A stretch of DNA of 64,000 nucleotides from an uncultured Acidimicrobiaceae bacterium (GTDB lineage: Bacteria > Actinomycetota > Acidimicrobiia > Spongiisociales > UBA5794), in assembly GCA_964397045.1 (NCBI GenBank), contig CAYNHF010000047.1, forward strand, positions 10,885 to 74,884, given 5' to 3'. Both the position numbers and the translations under genes were made by a program. Under the pieces are notes generated by a model. The model ran no database searches and was not told the origin of the DNA. It saw only the letters and a program-made list of their open reading frames with translations. Below are positions 20,086 through 32,172 of the stretch, piece by piece. Numbering within the stretch: the stretch's first letter is position 1; each line of letters begins with the position of its first letter.

Positions 20086-21456
20086 TCAGTGCAGGCTGCG
20101 TCCCGCCAGAGTCAGCAACGTCTCACCGATCGATTCCGACACTGTGGGGTGGGCGTGGATGAACGCCGCCGCCTCGGTGGGCAGCGCCTCCCACGCGACC
20201 GAGTACATCAATTCATGGATCATCTCTCCGGCGCCGGGTCCGACCACGGTGGCCCCCAGCACTGGCCCGTCCACCTGCGACACCACCTTCACCAGGCCCC
20301 CGGTCTCGCCCATGATGATGGCGCGGCCGACGCCGCGCTGGGCATGGCTGGCGACGGCAACCTCGTATCCCTGTTCGACGGCTTGCGCCTCGGTGAGGCC
20401 TACTGCAGCAACCTCCGGATGGGTGTACGTCACCAGCGGGATCGCATTGAAGTCGACGGGGGCCGATTCGCCGGTCGCAAGATGCGTGATGGCAGCGATT
20501 GCCTCAGCGAACGCGGCGTGCGCCAACTGGGGAGTACCGGCGACGATATCTCCCACCGCGTACACACCACTCTTGGCGGTCTGCATCGTGGCTCGATCGA
20601 CCGGGATGTAGCCCTGATCGGTGGTGATGCCTGCTGCCTCCAGCCCGATGTTCTCGGTGACCGGAGCCCTGCCCACGGCCACCAGCACAACGTCGACCTC
20701 AACGCTGGTTTCCCCGAACGGTAAGACCACCCCGGTTTCGTGAATCTGGGCCGGACCCACCATCGTCGACGTGTTGACGTCGATCTTCTTTCTGCGGAAC
20801 GCACGCGCCAGGGCCTTGACCGCATCCGGGTCGGTTCCGGGTAGCAGCTGATCGAGCGCTTCGAACAGGTGGACCTCGCTGCCGACGTCCGCCAGAAACG
20901 AGGCAAACTCGCACCCAATCACGCCGCCACCGATGACCGCCACCCGCGGTGGCTGCCGCTCCCAATCGAGCGCCTCGTCGCTGGTGACGATTCGGCTGCC
21001 GTCAATGTCGTATCCAGGGATGCTGCGGGGCCGTGACCCGGTGGCCAGGATGACGTTCTTGGCGTCGATCCGGTGAATCTCGCCGTCTTCGCCCGCGACC
21101 TCCACTCCACCTTCGACCAGCCGGCCCCAGCCGTCGATCAGGTCCACCTTGCGGGCGGCGAGGAGGCCGGTCACCCCCCGCACCAGTCCGTCAACGATGT
21201 TGTTCTTGCGGCTGAGCGCTGCGGGCCAGTCCAGCTGCGGCTCGCCGGAGACCACCCCGAACTCATCCGAACGGGCAACCGTCGAATAGACCTCTGCAGT
21301 GTGCAGCCAGGCCTTGGCAGGGATACAGCCGCGCAACAGGCACGTGCCCCCCACCCGGTCCTTCTCGACCAACGCGACCGAGAGGCCGAAGTTGTGCGCG
21401 TAGAGCGCGGCAGCGTATCCGCCCGGCCCTCCCCCGATGATCGCGACGTCGTACAC
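20086..21456 (-). CDS. lpdA: Dihydrolipoyl dehydrogenase (E3)
   Basis: FAD motif GGGPGGY. Redox-active disulfide GGTCLLRGCIPAK. NAD and dimerisation domains. 456 aa. Confidence 0.95.
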   Translation of the reverse strand: MYDVAIIGGGPGGYAAALYAHNFGLSVALVEKDRVGGTCLLRGCIPAKAWLHTAEVYSTVARSDEFGVVSGEPQLDWPAALSRKNNIVDGLVRGVTGLLAARKVDLIDGWGRLVEGGVEVAGEDGEIHRIDAKNVILATGSRPRSIPGYDIDGSRIVTSDEALDWERQPPRVAVIGGGVIGCEFASFLADVGSEVHLFEALDQLLPGTDPDAVKALARAFRRKKIDVNTSTMVGPAQIHETGVVLPFGETSVEVDVVLVAVGRAPVTENIGLEAAGITTDQGYIPVDRATMQTAKSGVYAVGDIVAGTPQLAHAAFAEAIAAITHLATGESAPVDFNAIPLVTYTHPEVAAVGLTEAQAVEQGYEVAVASHAQRGVGRAIIMGETGGLVKVVSQVDGPVLGATVVGPGAGEMIHELMYSVAWEALPTEAAAFIHAHPTVSESIGETLLTLAGRSLH

Positions 21457-21572
21457 AGCTCCTCCGAGTCCGTGGGTTGCCGCGCGAGCCTAGTTCCTGG
21501 CCTGCTCATCACCGACAGCAGCCTTCCGTATCTCCGACGGCAAGAAGGAGAAAGGCCGGTACGATCCAGGGA

Positions 21573-21659
21573 ATGCAGACGCGCTATCTGATCCTGGCGT
21601 CGCTCGTCACAGGTTTCGCCATCCTGGCTGCGGGCGCGATCTGGTTCGCCGCGCTGTGA
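21573..21659 (+). CDS. Putative 28-aa single-TM micropeptide (MQTRYLILASLVTGFAILAAGAIWFAAL), translationally coupled to the next ORF
   Basis: Hydrophobic helix. Its TGA overlaps the GTG of the downstream ORF (GTGA). Only a weak, mis-spaced SD. Confidence 0.2.
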   Translation: MQTRYLILASLVTGFAILAAGAIWFAAL

Positions 21660-22042
21660 TTGTGTTGCCGAATGTCGAGGCTCACGCCCTGTCCGCCGGC
21701 GCGGTAATCGCCGCATTCGTGGATCGCGGCACAATGACCGAAGGCGATGAGGTGGAGCTTGCCGGCCCGTCAGCTTCCGGCATCGACCCGGGCGAGATCC
21801 AGCCCCGCTTTCGCAACCTGGCAACGCAACCGTTGGAAGCCGGCGAGTTCACCGCGGTGGTCGAGTCGGTCCATCCTGCCGCGCTGCTGGACCCAGCTGC
21901 CGGCAGCGCATGCCACGTTTGGGCCCGGCACGGGCAAGGGGACCTGGTGGTGTTGCGGGTCTACGGAGCAGCTGGTCCGGTAGTCGAAGACGCCCGCTTC
22001 GGGGAGATGCGGGCCATCGTCGAGGGAGCACTGCAGCCGTGA
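21656..22042 (+). CDS. Hypothetical protein, 128 aa
   Basis: High GC3 ORF with GTG start. Its stop overlaps the GTG start of the downstream hydrolase (GTGA). No recognised domain. Confidence 0.45.
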   Translation: MIVLPNVEAHALSAGAVIAAFVDRGTMTEGDEVELAGPSASGIDPGEIQPRFRNLATQPLEAGEFTAVVESVHPAALLDPAAGSACHVWARHGQGDLVVLRVYGAAGPVVEDARFGEMRAIVEGALQP

Positions 22043-22671
22043 GCAGCCTGCGGCTGCCGGCTGCAGACGGGCCAGAACTCGAGGCCCGCTGGGATACGCC
22101 CGAGTCGGCTGCAACCAGCGCCGTGGTGTTGTGTCACCCGCATCCCCAGCAGGGAGGCAACATGGACGTGCCGCTGATGGCAGCGGTCGCCCGTAGGCTC
22201 GTTGCGACCGGGTTCGCGGTACTGCGATTCAACTACCGGGGCGTCGGGACCAGCACCGGCACGTGGGGTGACGGACACGGCGAACTCAACGATGTCACCG
22301 CGGCCGTCGCAGCGGCTCGCGCCGAACTGCCGGACACAGCAGTTGGTCTCGCCGGCTGGTCATTTGGTGCCGCCAACACGCTGCAATGGCTCGGTACCAC
22401 CCACGAGGCACTGCCCTGGGCGGGAATCGCCCCTCCCGTCTCGCCCGCACTCGCCCCGGATCTCCCCGGACGCGACGATCTTGCAGCTTCGAGACGAACG
22501 TTCATCATCGGCGACCGTGATCAGTTCACTTCGGTTGCGGAACTAACGGAGTATGCCGCGACCGTCGGCGGCAAGGTCGAGGTACTCAAGGGCAGCGACC
22601 ATTTCTTCTACTTCAGGGAGGACCGGGTCGCCGCCCTGGTGGCCGAGGCGTTGGTGCCGCAGGCAAACTGA
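22038..22671 (+). CDS. Alpha/beta-fold hydrolase (small COG2945/dienelactone-hydrolase-like)
   Basis: AVVLCHPHPQQGG and a GWSFG nucleophile-elbow motif. About 210 aa from the GTG at 22038. The upstream part of the track ORF overlaps the previous gene. Confidence 0.7.
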
Positions 22672-22677
22672 GGCTCT

Positions 22678-22893
22678 TCAGTCGCCCGGCACTGCGGCCC
22701 GGAATCCCCGATTGCGCGCCTCCGGCAGCGTATCGGGACCGAATGTCTGCACCAGATCGCGCCCGACCAGATCGTCATCTGCCACCCGACCTGCCAGTGC
22801 CGATCGCTCTTCGGCGTCCTCCGTGTCGTACACGACCATCGTGTCGCGTACCCCGACGAAACGGTGGCCCGCTAAGCGTCGCAACTCCGGCAT
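22678..22893 (-). CDS. Small hypothetical protein, 71 aa
   Basis: Strong SD (AAGGGGAGG) 4 nt upstream of the ATG. GC3 about 75%. Confidence 0.4.
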   Translation of the reverse strand: MPELRRLAGHRFVGVRDTMVVYDTEDAEERSALAGRVADDDLVGRDLVQTFGPDTLPEARNRGFRAAVPGD

Positions 22894-22986
22894 GGAACCT
22901 CCCCTTGAGACCTTGCAGGGCTGATCCTATCCGCCCGATTCCGCTCCATCGCGTTGGCCACGCCGGGCCCGCGGAGGCATCAGCCG

Positions 22987-23415
22987 CTAGGGGTGGGTGT
23001 AAGTCAGCACGACTCGCGCCAACCCCACTCCCTCCGGATTGATGTCGAGCTCACCCTCGATGTCGTTGCCGGTGAACACGATCACGGTTTGCAGCGGATC
23101 GTTTTCGGGGCTCTCAGAACTGACCAAGGTGTAGCCCGCACGCTCGAGATTCTGCTCGTAGAACAACACCACCGCAGCAGTCTCGGCGGGGATTCGCATG
23201 ATGATTTCGGACCGACCGTTGTCCCAGTCGACCAACGTACTGCTGATCACCGCGGTGTCAGGAATCGGAAAGCCCTCCGGCAACGAAGCGGGGAGGGTGC
23301 CGGAGCTGAGTTCAACGCCGGTCGAACCGGTAGACGAATCATCGTCCCCGGAGCAGGCGGCAACGCTGAAGACGAGCAGGCCGATCGCAAGGATCCAGGC
23401 CAGTCGATGGGACAT
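22987..23415 (-). CDS. Putative lipoprotein, function unknown
   Basis: Signal peptide with lipobox (LLVFSVAAC) from M16 of the track ORF. Acidic mature domain. Confidence 0.55.
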   Translation of the reverse strand: MSHRLAWILAIGLLVFSVAACSGDDDSSTGSTGVELSSGTLPASLPEGFPIPDTAVISSTLVDWDNGRSEIIMRIPAETAAVVLFYEQNLERAGYTLVSSESPENDPLQTVIVFTGNDIEGELDINPEGVGLARVVLTYTHP

Positions 23416-23761
23416 GCCGACACGTTGTACTGCAACCACCGCACACCTCCGATGAGCCAAAACGGTACGGCGGCCGAAAGTGTAACGAGACCCCGGGGTA
23501 CCGGGACTGTGGCCCCGCCCACGGCTGCACGCGGCGCGGGATCGGTACGGCCCTCACAACCCGTGCAGGCCGCCACGGATACCCTCAGTAGCCTCGCCAC
23601 TCGGGCGGCGCCGCCAAATCGGTACCACCGGTTCGCCGATCGGGAGAACGGCGATCGGTCGCAGGTCCGGATCTCCCCGCCACGCGGGAACCGTGGAAGG
23701 GGTGAAGAGGAAGAACGCGGTCAGCGAAGCTTCCGCCAGCCGCCGTCGCCACGACATACGT

Positions 23762-25411
<1,650 letters not shown>

Positions 25412-25494
25412 GTCTCCTCTTCCTCAGCTGTTGCAGTTGCCGGTGAGCCTCACGGTACCGGAGTTGCACGATCACGTCGCCGCTGCTGGTCGCG

Positions 25495-25956
25495 CTACGG
25501 GTGAACCGATCCCGCATCCGGAGGTGCGTCCGGCGGTCGAGGAGCGGGCTCTGACTCCGCCGGAGCGCCCACCGCTCCGATTGCAGCGAGGTAGCTGGCT
25601 TGGAGGTCGAGAATCGTGACGATGATCGACCCGTCGTAGGCGTGGCCGTCCGCCAGCGCTCGTTCCTGGACGTACGTGGCACAGGCAGCGGATGCAACCA
25701 CGGGCGGTTCATCGGCCGGCCGGTCTGCCGCCGTCTGCAGATACTGCACTGACCACTCGAGGATCCGCCGCACATCGGAACGCCGCAGCCCTGCTCTGGT
25801 CTCGGGAGACAGACCGGCGACCACCCACTCGATCGAGTCTTCCACGCCATAGATCGCCACCGCCTCGGTGTCTCCGCGATACTCCTGCCAGGCCATCGCG
25901 GCTCCGAGAGCGACGAGGAGCCCGAGCAGAACCAGCGCCACCAACAGTGCGGTCAT
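25495..25956 (-). CDS. Membrane-anchored hypothetical protein
   Basis: N-terminal TM helix (MTALLVALVLLGLLVALGAAMA). Operon position upstream of the mutase. Confidence 0.5.
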   Translation of the reverse strand: MTALLVALVLLGLLVALGAAMAWQEYRGDTEAVAIYGVEDSIEWVVAGLSPETRAGLRRSDVRRILEWSVQYLQTAADRPADEPPVVASAACATYVQERALADGHAYDGSIIVTILDLQASYLAAIGAVGAPAESEPAPRPPDAPPDAGSVHP

Positions 25957-26126
25957 CGCGGCAGGCTATCGCGTCGCAACGCCGCGGCAAGCGGGTGCCT
26001 TCTCAGGGGAGCCGGGAGAACATCGCGATGCCGGCTTGGGATTCCTCGGACTGCCCCCTAACTTCCCGGGTCCGGGCCAATGGTCCTACCGATATCACCG
26101 AATCGCCGTCAGGATGACCTGCACCC

Positions 26127-26678
26127 ATGACCTACGAGACCATGCGCACCTTCTTTGCACTGCTCACCGTGGTGGCCAACGCCACGGTCGTGGTGGCGAT
26201 CGTGCTCGCCATCGGCGGTCGCTGGTCGGAAGGCATCGCGTCGCTGCGGGCGCGGGCAGCGACCAGTGTCGCAGGGCACGAAATCAGCCTCGCATTCTTC
26301 GTTGCGCTGACCGCCACCCTCGGCAGCTTGTACCTTTCCGAGGTTGTCCATCTCATTCCGTGCACCTACTGCTGGTACCAACGGATTGCCATGTATCCGC
26401 TGGTGCTGCTCTTAGGTGTTGCCTGGATACGGAAGGATCCGGGGATCCGCCACTACGCCGTTCCACTGGCAGGGATCGGGTTGTTCATCGCGTCCTACCA
26501 CTACCTGATCCAGCGAGTCCCGAGTCTCGGTGGCCCGGCCTGCACTTCTGCCGTCCCGTGCACCGCGGCATGGTTCTACGAGTTTGGGTACATGAGCATC
26601 CCGTACATGGCAGGCAGCGCGTTCGCCTTGATTCTCGTGCTCATGGTGACGATGCACGTTCGAGTTCGCGGGACGTGA
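26127..26678 (+). CDS. Disulfide bond formation protein B (DsbB/BdbC family)
   Basis: Four TM segments with paired Cys in extracytoplasmic loops (CTYCWYQR and C...C). Confidence 0.7.
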   Translation: MTYETMRTFFALLTVVANATVVVAIVLAIGGRWSEGIASLRARAATSVAGHEISLAFFVALTATLGSLYLSEVVHLIPCTYCWYQRIAMYPLVLLLGVAWIRKDPGIRHYAVPLAGIGLFIASYHYLIQRVPSLGGPACTSAVPCTAAWFYEFGYMSIPYMAGSAFALILVLMVTMHVRVRGT

Positions 26679-26758
26679 TTCGCCAATCGACCAGCTTCCG
26701 CCAGAATGACGACCAAATCCCGCCAGAATGGCGGCCACCAGCAACCACGGGATCATCC

Positions 26759-27418
26759 ATGAGTAAGACAAGCCAGAAGACCGGGCAACCGGCTGCAGCG
26801 AAACGCAAGGTCCCGGTACTCGCGATCGTATTCGTCGGGGTTGCGGCGCTGCTGATCGCAGCGATGTTCCTTGGGAGTGGGTCGACCGCGGACGCCGGCG
26901 AGCAGACTGGTGCCCCGGTGATCACAGGTGAGGCGCTGCCGGAATTCCCCAATCCTCCGCCGTTCTCACCAGACGCCGACCCCGCCTTCGGCTTGGTGGC
27001 CCCGGAGGTGGTGGGGACGGACTTCGAAGACAATCCCGTCGAAATCACGCACGATGGAACCCCCACCGCGGTCATATTCGTGGCGCATTGGTGTCCGCAT
27101 TGCCAGGCAGAGGTTCCTCGAGTCACCCAATGGCTGGCAGAAACTGGCGGCGTGGAAGGCGTCGACATCGTATCCGTCAGTTCGGCCGTCGATGACCGAT
27201 CCACCAACTACCCACCATCGAGTTGGCTGGCAGAAGAAGACTGGCCTATCCCGGTGATCCGCGACGACGCCACCAGTTCAGTAATTCGAGCCTACGGCAA
27301 CGGAGGATTCCCGTATTGGGTGTTCCTCGACGGTGAAGGTCGTGTCGTGGCTCGCACGGCCGGCCAACTGGAGACCGCACAGCTCGAGGCGCTGCTCATC
27401 GCGCTCGCCGGAAGCTGA
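26759..27418 (+). CDS. TlpA-like thioredoxin-family thiol:disulfide oxidoreductase, membrane anchored
   Basis: N-terminal anchor, then a thioredoxin fold with WCPHCQ active site. Start ATG at 26759; the upstream part of the track ORF is spurious. Confidence 0.8.
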   Translation: MSKTSQKTGQPAAAKRKVPVLAIVFVGVAALLIAAMFLGSGSTADAGEQTGAPVITGEALPEFPNPPPFSPDADPAFGLVAPEVVGTDFEDNPVEITHDGTPTAVIFVAHWCPHCQAEVPRVTQWLAETGGVEGVDIVSVSSAVDDRSTNYPPSSWLAEEDWPIPVIRDDATSSVIRAYGNGGFPYWVFLDGEGRVVARTAGQLETAQLEALLIALAGS

Positions 27419-27431
27419 GGCCGCGGGGCCG

Positions 27432-28556
27432 CTACAGCCCAACTCGATCAGCTAGCTTCGCCCGCCACGCCGCGGAATCGCCAAACAGAAGCTGGTCAGT
27501 CTTGGCTCGCTTGAAGTAGAGATGGGCATCGTGTTCCCAGGTGAATCCGATGCCGCCATGGACCTGGATGGTTTCCGCAGCTACGTCGAAGAACGCATCC
27601 GAACAGTACGCCTTGGCCAGCGCGGCCACCACCGGGAGGTCGTCGTCTGCCACCGAGGCTGTCCAGCCGGCGTAGTAGGCCGCCGATCGCGCTCCCTCCA
27701 CCGCGACAAGCATGTCTGCACACTTGTGCTTGACGGCCTGGAAGGAACCGATGGGCCTACCGAACTGATAGCGCTCCTTGGCGTAGGCCACGGACATCTC
27801 CATACAGCGCTCCGCCCCACCCACCTGTTCGAAGGCCAAGGCAACAACGGCCAGGTCGTAGAGCCGGGCGATCGTGATCGCACCGGAACCGGAATCACCG
27901 ACCCGGGCAGAAGCCGGCAGCCGTACGGAATTGAAGGAGACGGTGGCCTGCTTGCGGGTCATGTCCATCGTCTCGAGCGGCGAGGCGGCGACGCCCGAGT
28001 TTTCCGAGTCCACCAGATAGAGGTCGATCGACCCGGCTTCGTTGCGGGCAGCAACGATGAGCGTATCTGCGCTGTGCCCATCAACCACGAATGACTTCGT
28101 ACCGGTGACCACGACATCCGGCCCGGCTGCGGTAGCGGTCGTCGTGAGGTCTTCCGGATCCCAGCTGCCATCCGGTTCGATGAAGGCAGCGGCCAGCCGG
28201 CGCTCCCCCGCGGCCACCGCGGGAAGCAGCTCCCGTTTCTGCTCCTCTGTGCCTGCCAGCAGGAGGGTGTTAGCACCCAGCACCACCGAGGACAGAAACG
28301 GGGCAGGAGTCAACGCCCTTCCCATCTCCTCCAGAATGATCCCGAGTTCGAGCACGGTGAACCCGGCGCCTCCGTACTCCTCGGGTACCGCCATTGCCTG
28401 CCAACCGAGCCCTGCCATCTCGGTCCACAGTGCGGGATCGAAACCTGCCTCGGTTTCCATCACGGCGCGGACAGCTTCCGAATTGGATCTGTTGCCGAGG
28501 AATTCTCGCGCCGCGTCCCGCAACATGCGCTGCTCGTCACTCAAGGCGAAATCCAC
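27432..28556 (-). CDS. Acyl-CoA dehydrogenase
   Basis: ACAD N, middle and C domains (LSEPQ-like, catalytic E region). GTG start 5 nt after AGGAG, giving MDFALSDEQRML. Confidence 0.85.
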   Translation of the reverse strand: MDFALSDEQRMLRDAAREFLGNRSNSEAVRAVMETEAGFDPALWTEMAGLGWQAMAVPEEYGGAGFTVLELGIILEEMGRALTPAPFLSSVVLGANTLLLAGTEEQKRELLPAVAAGERRLAAAFIEPDGSWDPEDLTTTATAAGPDVVVTGTKSFVVDGHSADTLIVAARNEAGSIDLYLVDSENSGVAASPLETMDMTRKQATVSFNSVRLPASARVGDSGSGAITIARLYDLAVVALAFEQVGGAERCMEMSVAYAKERYQFGRPIGSFQAVKHKCADMLVAVEGARSAAYYAGWTASVADDDLPVVAALAKAYCSDAFFDVAAETIQVHGGIGFTWEHDAHLYFKRAKTDQLLFGDSAAWRAKLADRVGL

Positions 28557-28684
28557 CAATACTCCTGCTCGGGGTCGAGATCGCGTTCCTTGCATTCTTC
28601 CATGCATCCACCCCGAGCCAAGCGGGAACCAACACGTCGCTCGGCCAACTAGCGTTACGGCCGGCCGAGTGACCCATCAAGGAG

Positions 28685-29629
28685 TTGTCCATGCAATTCG
28701 CATTCATGACCGAGCCGCAAGCAGGCGGCACGTATGACGAGTTGCTGACACTGGCGCGCTGGGCCGAAGCGACCGGCTTCGATGCGTTCGCCCGCTCAGA
28801 CCACTTCTTGAATCAGGCGGAATCCGTACCAGCGACCGACGCGATGACCACATTGGCGGGACTGGGCCGCGACACCGACCGCATCAGGCTGACGGTGCTC
28901 GTCACTCCGGTGACGTTCCGTCATCCGGCGATCATCGCGAAGACCGCGGCCACGGTCGACGAGATGTCGGGAGGGCGCTTCGAACTCGGCGTCGGAACCG
29001 GATGGATGGAACCCGAACATGAGCGTTTCGGGATCGAACTGCCCCCATTGCGGGACCGATTCAGCAATCTCTTCGAAACCCTGGCTTATCTCCGAGCCTG
29101 CTTCAGCGACGCACCACAAGGCTTCAGCGGCAGGCACTTCGAGCTGACAGAAATGGACGTGTTGCCTGGCCGCACCGGTCCCCTCCCGCTGATCATCGGC
29201 GGCAGCGGCCCTCGCAAGACACCATCGATTGCAGGCCGCTTCGCTGATGAGTACAACATGTTCTCCTGTGACGAAGCGACCCAGCGAGCCCGGGTCACGG
29301 TGATGCAACAGGCAGCTGAAGACACCGGACGCGATCCGGCAGAGATCACGTTGAGCTTCGTGGGGTATCCGGTGGTGGGAGAAGATGAGGCCGGGTACCG
29401 GGATCGCCTCGGAGCCAGGGCAGCCGCCCGCGGGATGGCGGTCGATGAGTACGCTGCCATGCTCACCTCACGCACGATTCCGCATGGAACCACAGAGCAG
29501 GTGAGTGAGGCCTTCGTCGACCTAGAGCGTCGCGGGATCGGCCGCTATTACATCCAGGTGTACGCCCCGCTGGACGAGATCGACACCGAAGACGTTGCCA
29601 GGGTGCTTGCGGCCGCCCGCGGGGCGTGA
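28685..29629 (+). CDS. LLM-class (luciferase-like) F420-dependent oxidoreductase
   Basis: Luciferase-like monooxygenase fold. MQFAFMTEPQ N-terminus typical of F420-dependent LLM reductases. Confidence 0.85.
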   Translation: MSMQFAFMTEPQAGGTYDELLTLARWAEATGFDAFARSDHFLNQAESVPATDAMTTLAGLGRDTDRIRLTVLVTPVTFRHPAIIAKTAATVDEMSGGRFELGVGTGWMEPEHERFGIELPPLRDRFSNLFETLAYLRACFSDAPQGFSGRHFELTEMDVLPGRTGPLPLIIGGSGPRKTPSIAGRFADEYNMFSCDEATQRARVTVMQQAAEDTGRDPAEITLSFVGYPVVGEDEAGYRDRLGARAAARGMAVDEYAAMLTSRTIPHGTTEQVSEAFVDLERRGIGRYYIQVYAPLDEIDTEDVARVLAAARGA

Positions 29630-29692
29630 AGGTAGCTCGTCCTCCATTACTCCTATCGGCTTAGTACTTAGAAAAGCACTAACGTAGCGGCC

Positions 29693-30454
29693 ATGGCGCA
29701 TCCACTCCTCCAGATCAGCAACCTCCACGTTTCGGCCGAGGACACCCCGATCATTCGAGGCCTCGACCTGACGATCGATCGAGGCGAAATCCACGCCCTC
29801 ATGGGTCCGAACGGGTCCGGTAAGTCCACGCTGGCGAACGTCTTGATGGGCCACCCGGCATACGTGGTCACCGAGGGAACCATCCATTATCAGGGTGAGG
29901 ACATCGCCACATGGACCCCAGACCAGCGGGGCCGGGCAGGAATGTTCCTCGGGTTTCAGTACCCGGAGGAAATCCCGGGTGTGTCCGTCGTCAATTTTCT
30001 GCGCGCCGCCCTCTCCAACCGCACTGGAGTCGACTACACGGTCCTCGAGCTGCGCCTCAGGGTGATGGAGGCGATGAAGGAACTCGGGATGGAGTCTTCC
30101 TTCGCCGATCGGTACCTCAATGAAGGGTTTTCCGGGGGAGAACGCAAACGCAACGAGGTCCTGCAGATGGCGGTGCTCGAACCCGAACTGGCAATTCTGG
30201 ATGAAACCGACTCCGGCCTCGACATCGATGCCCTGAAGATCGTCGCCGAGGGTGTCCAGAAGGTCGCCGGTCCCGAGCGCGGTTTCCTGATCATCACGCA
30301 CTATCAGCGGATGCTCGACTACATCACCCCCGATTCCGTCCATATCTTCGTGGACGGACGGGTCGTGGAGTCGGGCGATGCCGCGCTCGCCGAGCGTATC
30401 GAGGTGTCCGGGTACGACGAGTATCGACCGGCCCCGGCAGGATCGTCAGGGTGA
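29693..30454 (+). CDS. sufC: Fe-S cluster assembly ATPase SufC (canonical copy)
   Basis: GPNGSGKST Walker A, YLNEGFSGGERKRNE, DETDSGLDIDAL and ITHYQR motifs. Its TGA overlaps the sufS GTG (GTGA). Confidence 0.9.
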   Translation: MAHPLLQISNLHVSAEDTPIIRGLDLTIDRGEIHALMGPNGSGKSTLANVLMGHPAYVVTEGTIHYQGEDIATWTPDQRGRAGMFLGFQYPEEIPGVSVVNFLRAALSNRTGVDYTVLELRLRVMEAMKELGMESSFADRYLNEGFSGGERKRNEVLQMAVLEPELAILDETDSGLDIDALKIVAEGVQKVAGPERGFLIITHYQRMLDYITPDSVHIFVDGRVVESGDAALAERIEVSGYDEYRPAPAGSSG

Positions 30455-31686
30455 CGTTCGACGCAGTCACCGTTCGCAAGGATTTCCCGATCCTGGACCG
30501 GACCGTCAACGGCAAGCCGCTCATCTATCTCGACTCCGCGGCCACAACACAGAAGCCGAATCCGGTCATCGACGCCATCTCCGACTACTACCGAACCATC
30601 AACGCGAATGTGCATCGCGGGGCCTACACACTGGCGGACGAGGCGACCATCGCCTACGAAGGAGCACGAGCGACGGTCGCAGCCTTTGTGAATGCCGGCG
30701 CTGCATCCGAGATCGTTTTCTCGCGCGGCACCACCAGTTCGCTCAACAGCGTGGCGTACGGGTGGGGCTTGAACCGGCTCCAGCCCGGCGACCGGATATT
30801 ACTCAGCATCATGGAGCATCACTCCAACGTCGTGCCGTGGCAGATCATCGCTCGCCACACCGGGGCGGAACTGGCATACCTCGAACTCGACGACACGTTC
30901 GGGGTAGACCTCGATGGCCTCGACGCACTTGTGGATGATCGGCTGAAGGTCGTGGCCATCTCGGGCATGTCGAACGTGACCGGCGCTCTCGGCCCGGTCG
31001 GCGTTCTCTCTGAAGCGGCCCGTTCCGTGGGCGCGATCGTGGTCGTAGACGGTGCGCAGCTGGTACCGCACCTGCCGGTCGATGTGCAACGGCTGGGAGC
31101 CGACTTCCTCGCGTTCTCAGCCCACAAGATGCTGGGCCCTACCGGCATTGGAGCCATGTGGGGACGACCCGAGTTGCTGGAGGAGATGGAGCCAACCGAA
31201 GGTGGCGGTGAGATGATCACCGACGTGGGACGATTCGAGTCGAGCTGGGCCCCCGTCCCTCACAAGTTCGAAGCAGGGACTCCACCGATTGCACAAGCGG
31301 TGGGTTTCGCGGCGGCGATCGACTATCTGAACGCACTCGGAATGGACAACGTTCGGCGCCATGAGATCGAAGTCACCGGCTACGCACTGGAACAACTTGC
31401 GTCCGTCCCCGACCTCACGGTGTACGGCCCGTTGGATCTAGATCAACGCGGTGGTGCGATCAGTTTCGAACTGGGTGACATCCATGCCCACGACCTGGCG
31501 ACGATCCTCGACGAGGAGCAGGGAGTCGCGGTGCGAGCAGGCCACCACTGCGCCAAGCCGCTGATGCGGTTCCTCGAGGTCCCGGCGACGGCCCGTGCGT
31601 CCTTCTACGTCTACAGCGTTCCCTCGGATGTCGATGCGCTGGTCGCCGGACTGTTGCGGGCTCGCCAGGTGTTCGGCCTGGCCTGA
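30451..31686 (+). CDS. sufS: Cysteine desulfurase SufS (class V aminotransferase)
   Basis: PLP-binding SAHK lysine motif. Active-site Cys loop (RAGHHCAKP). 411 aa. Confidence 0.9.
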   Translation: MTFDAVTVRKDFPILDRTVNGKPLIYLDSAATTQKPNPVIDAISDYYRTINANVHRGAYTLADEATIAYEGARATVAAFVNAGAASEIVFSRGTTSSLNSVAYGWGLNRLQPGDRILLSIMEHHSNVVPWQIIARHTGAELAYLELDDTFGVDLDGLDALVDDRLKVVAISGMSNVTGALGPVGVLSEAARSVGAIVVVDGAQLVPHLPVDVQRLGADFLAFSAHKMLGPTGIGAMWGRPELLEEMEPTEGGGEMITDVGRFESSWAPVPHKFEAGTPPIAQAVGFAAAIDYLNALGMDNVRRHEIEVTGYALEQLASVPDLTVYGPLDLDQRGGAISFELGDIHAHDLATILDEEQGVAVRAGHHCAKPLMRFLEVPATARASFYVYSVPSDVDALVAGLLRARQVFGLA

Positions 31687-31713
31687 CACCCGGCAGGCGG
31701 GTTGAAGGCGCCC

Positions 31714-32172
31714 TCAGCCGGCGAGATCTGGCTGGAGGCCGCCGATCACCGCGGGGTCAACGATGTTCTGGAGACGAATCTGGCCACGGGCAACAGTCTT
31801 CCCGTCGGATTTGCGTGTGATCACCACCTGCCAGAGTTGCTGAGTCCGCCCCCGATGGATCGGGATGGCTTCGCCCCGCAGCAGGCCGCTGCGATGGCTG
31901 CGGATGAAGTCGGTGGTGTTGTGCACCCCCACGACGCCGAGGATTCCCTCCTGAGTTGCAGCCCAGGCCGCCCCTCCGATCGAGCCGAGGCTCTCCACCA
32001 TCGTGCAGTAGACCCCACCGTTCACCACGCCGTAGGGCTGCAGGTGCTGCGGACCAGCTTCGAGGGTGCCGATGACTCGATCTGGAGTCAGTTCCTCATA
32101 CCTACCACCGATCACTTCGAAGAACCCGCCGCCGTCTTCAGGTTCGGACAACCCGCTATCGGCACTGGCCAT
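31714..32172 (-). CDS. PaaI/YigI-family hotdog-fold thioesterase
   Basis: YGVVNGGVYCTMVE motif plus C-terminal hotdog strands. Start taken at MASADSG. Lies on the opposite strand between sufS and sufU. Confidence 0.75.
   Translation of the reverse strand: MASADSGLSEPEDGGGFFEVIGGRYEELTPDRVIGTLEAGPQHLQPYGVVNGGVYCTMVESLGSIGGAAWAATQEGILGVVGVHNTTDFIRSHRSGLLRGEAIPIHRGRTQQLWQVVITRKSDGKTVARGQIRLQNIVDPAVIGGLQPDLAG

Noticed and set aside
18886-20724. 612-aa plus-strand ORF
   Set aside because: Antisense to sucB and lpdA. Gly/Arg-rich shadow frame across the Ala/Pro linker-encoding low-complexity DNA.
22743-23042. 99-aa plus ORF between the hydrolase and lipoprotein genes
   Set aside because: Pro/Arg-rich. 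It overlaps the better-supported minus-strand 71-aa ORF that has a strong SD.
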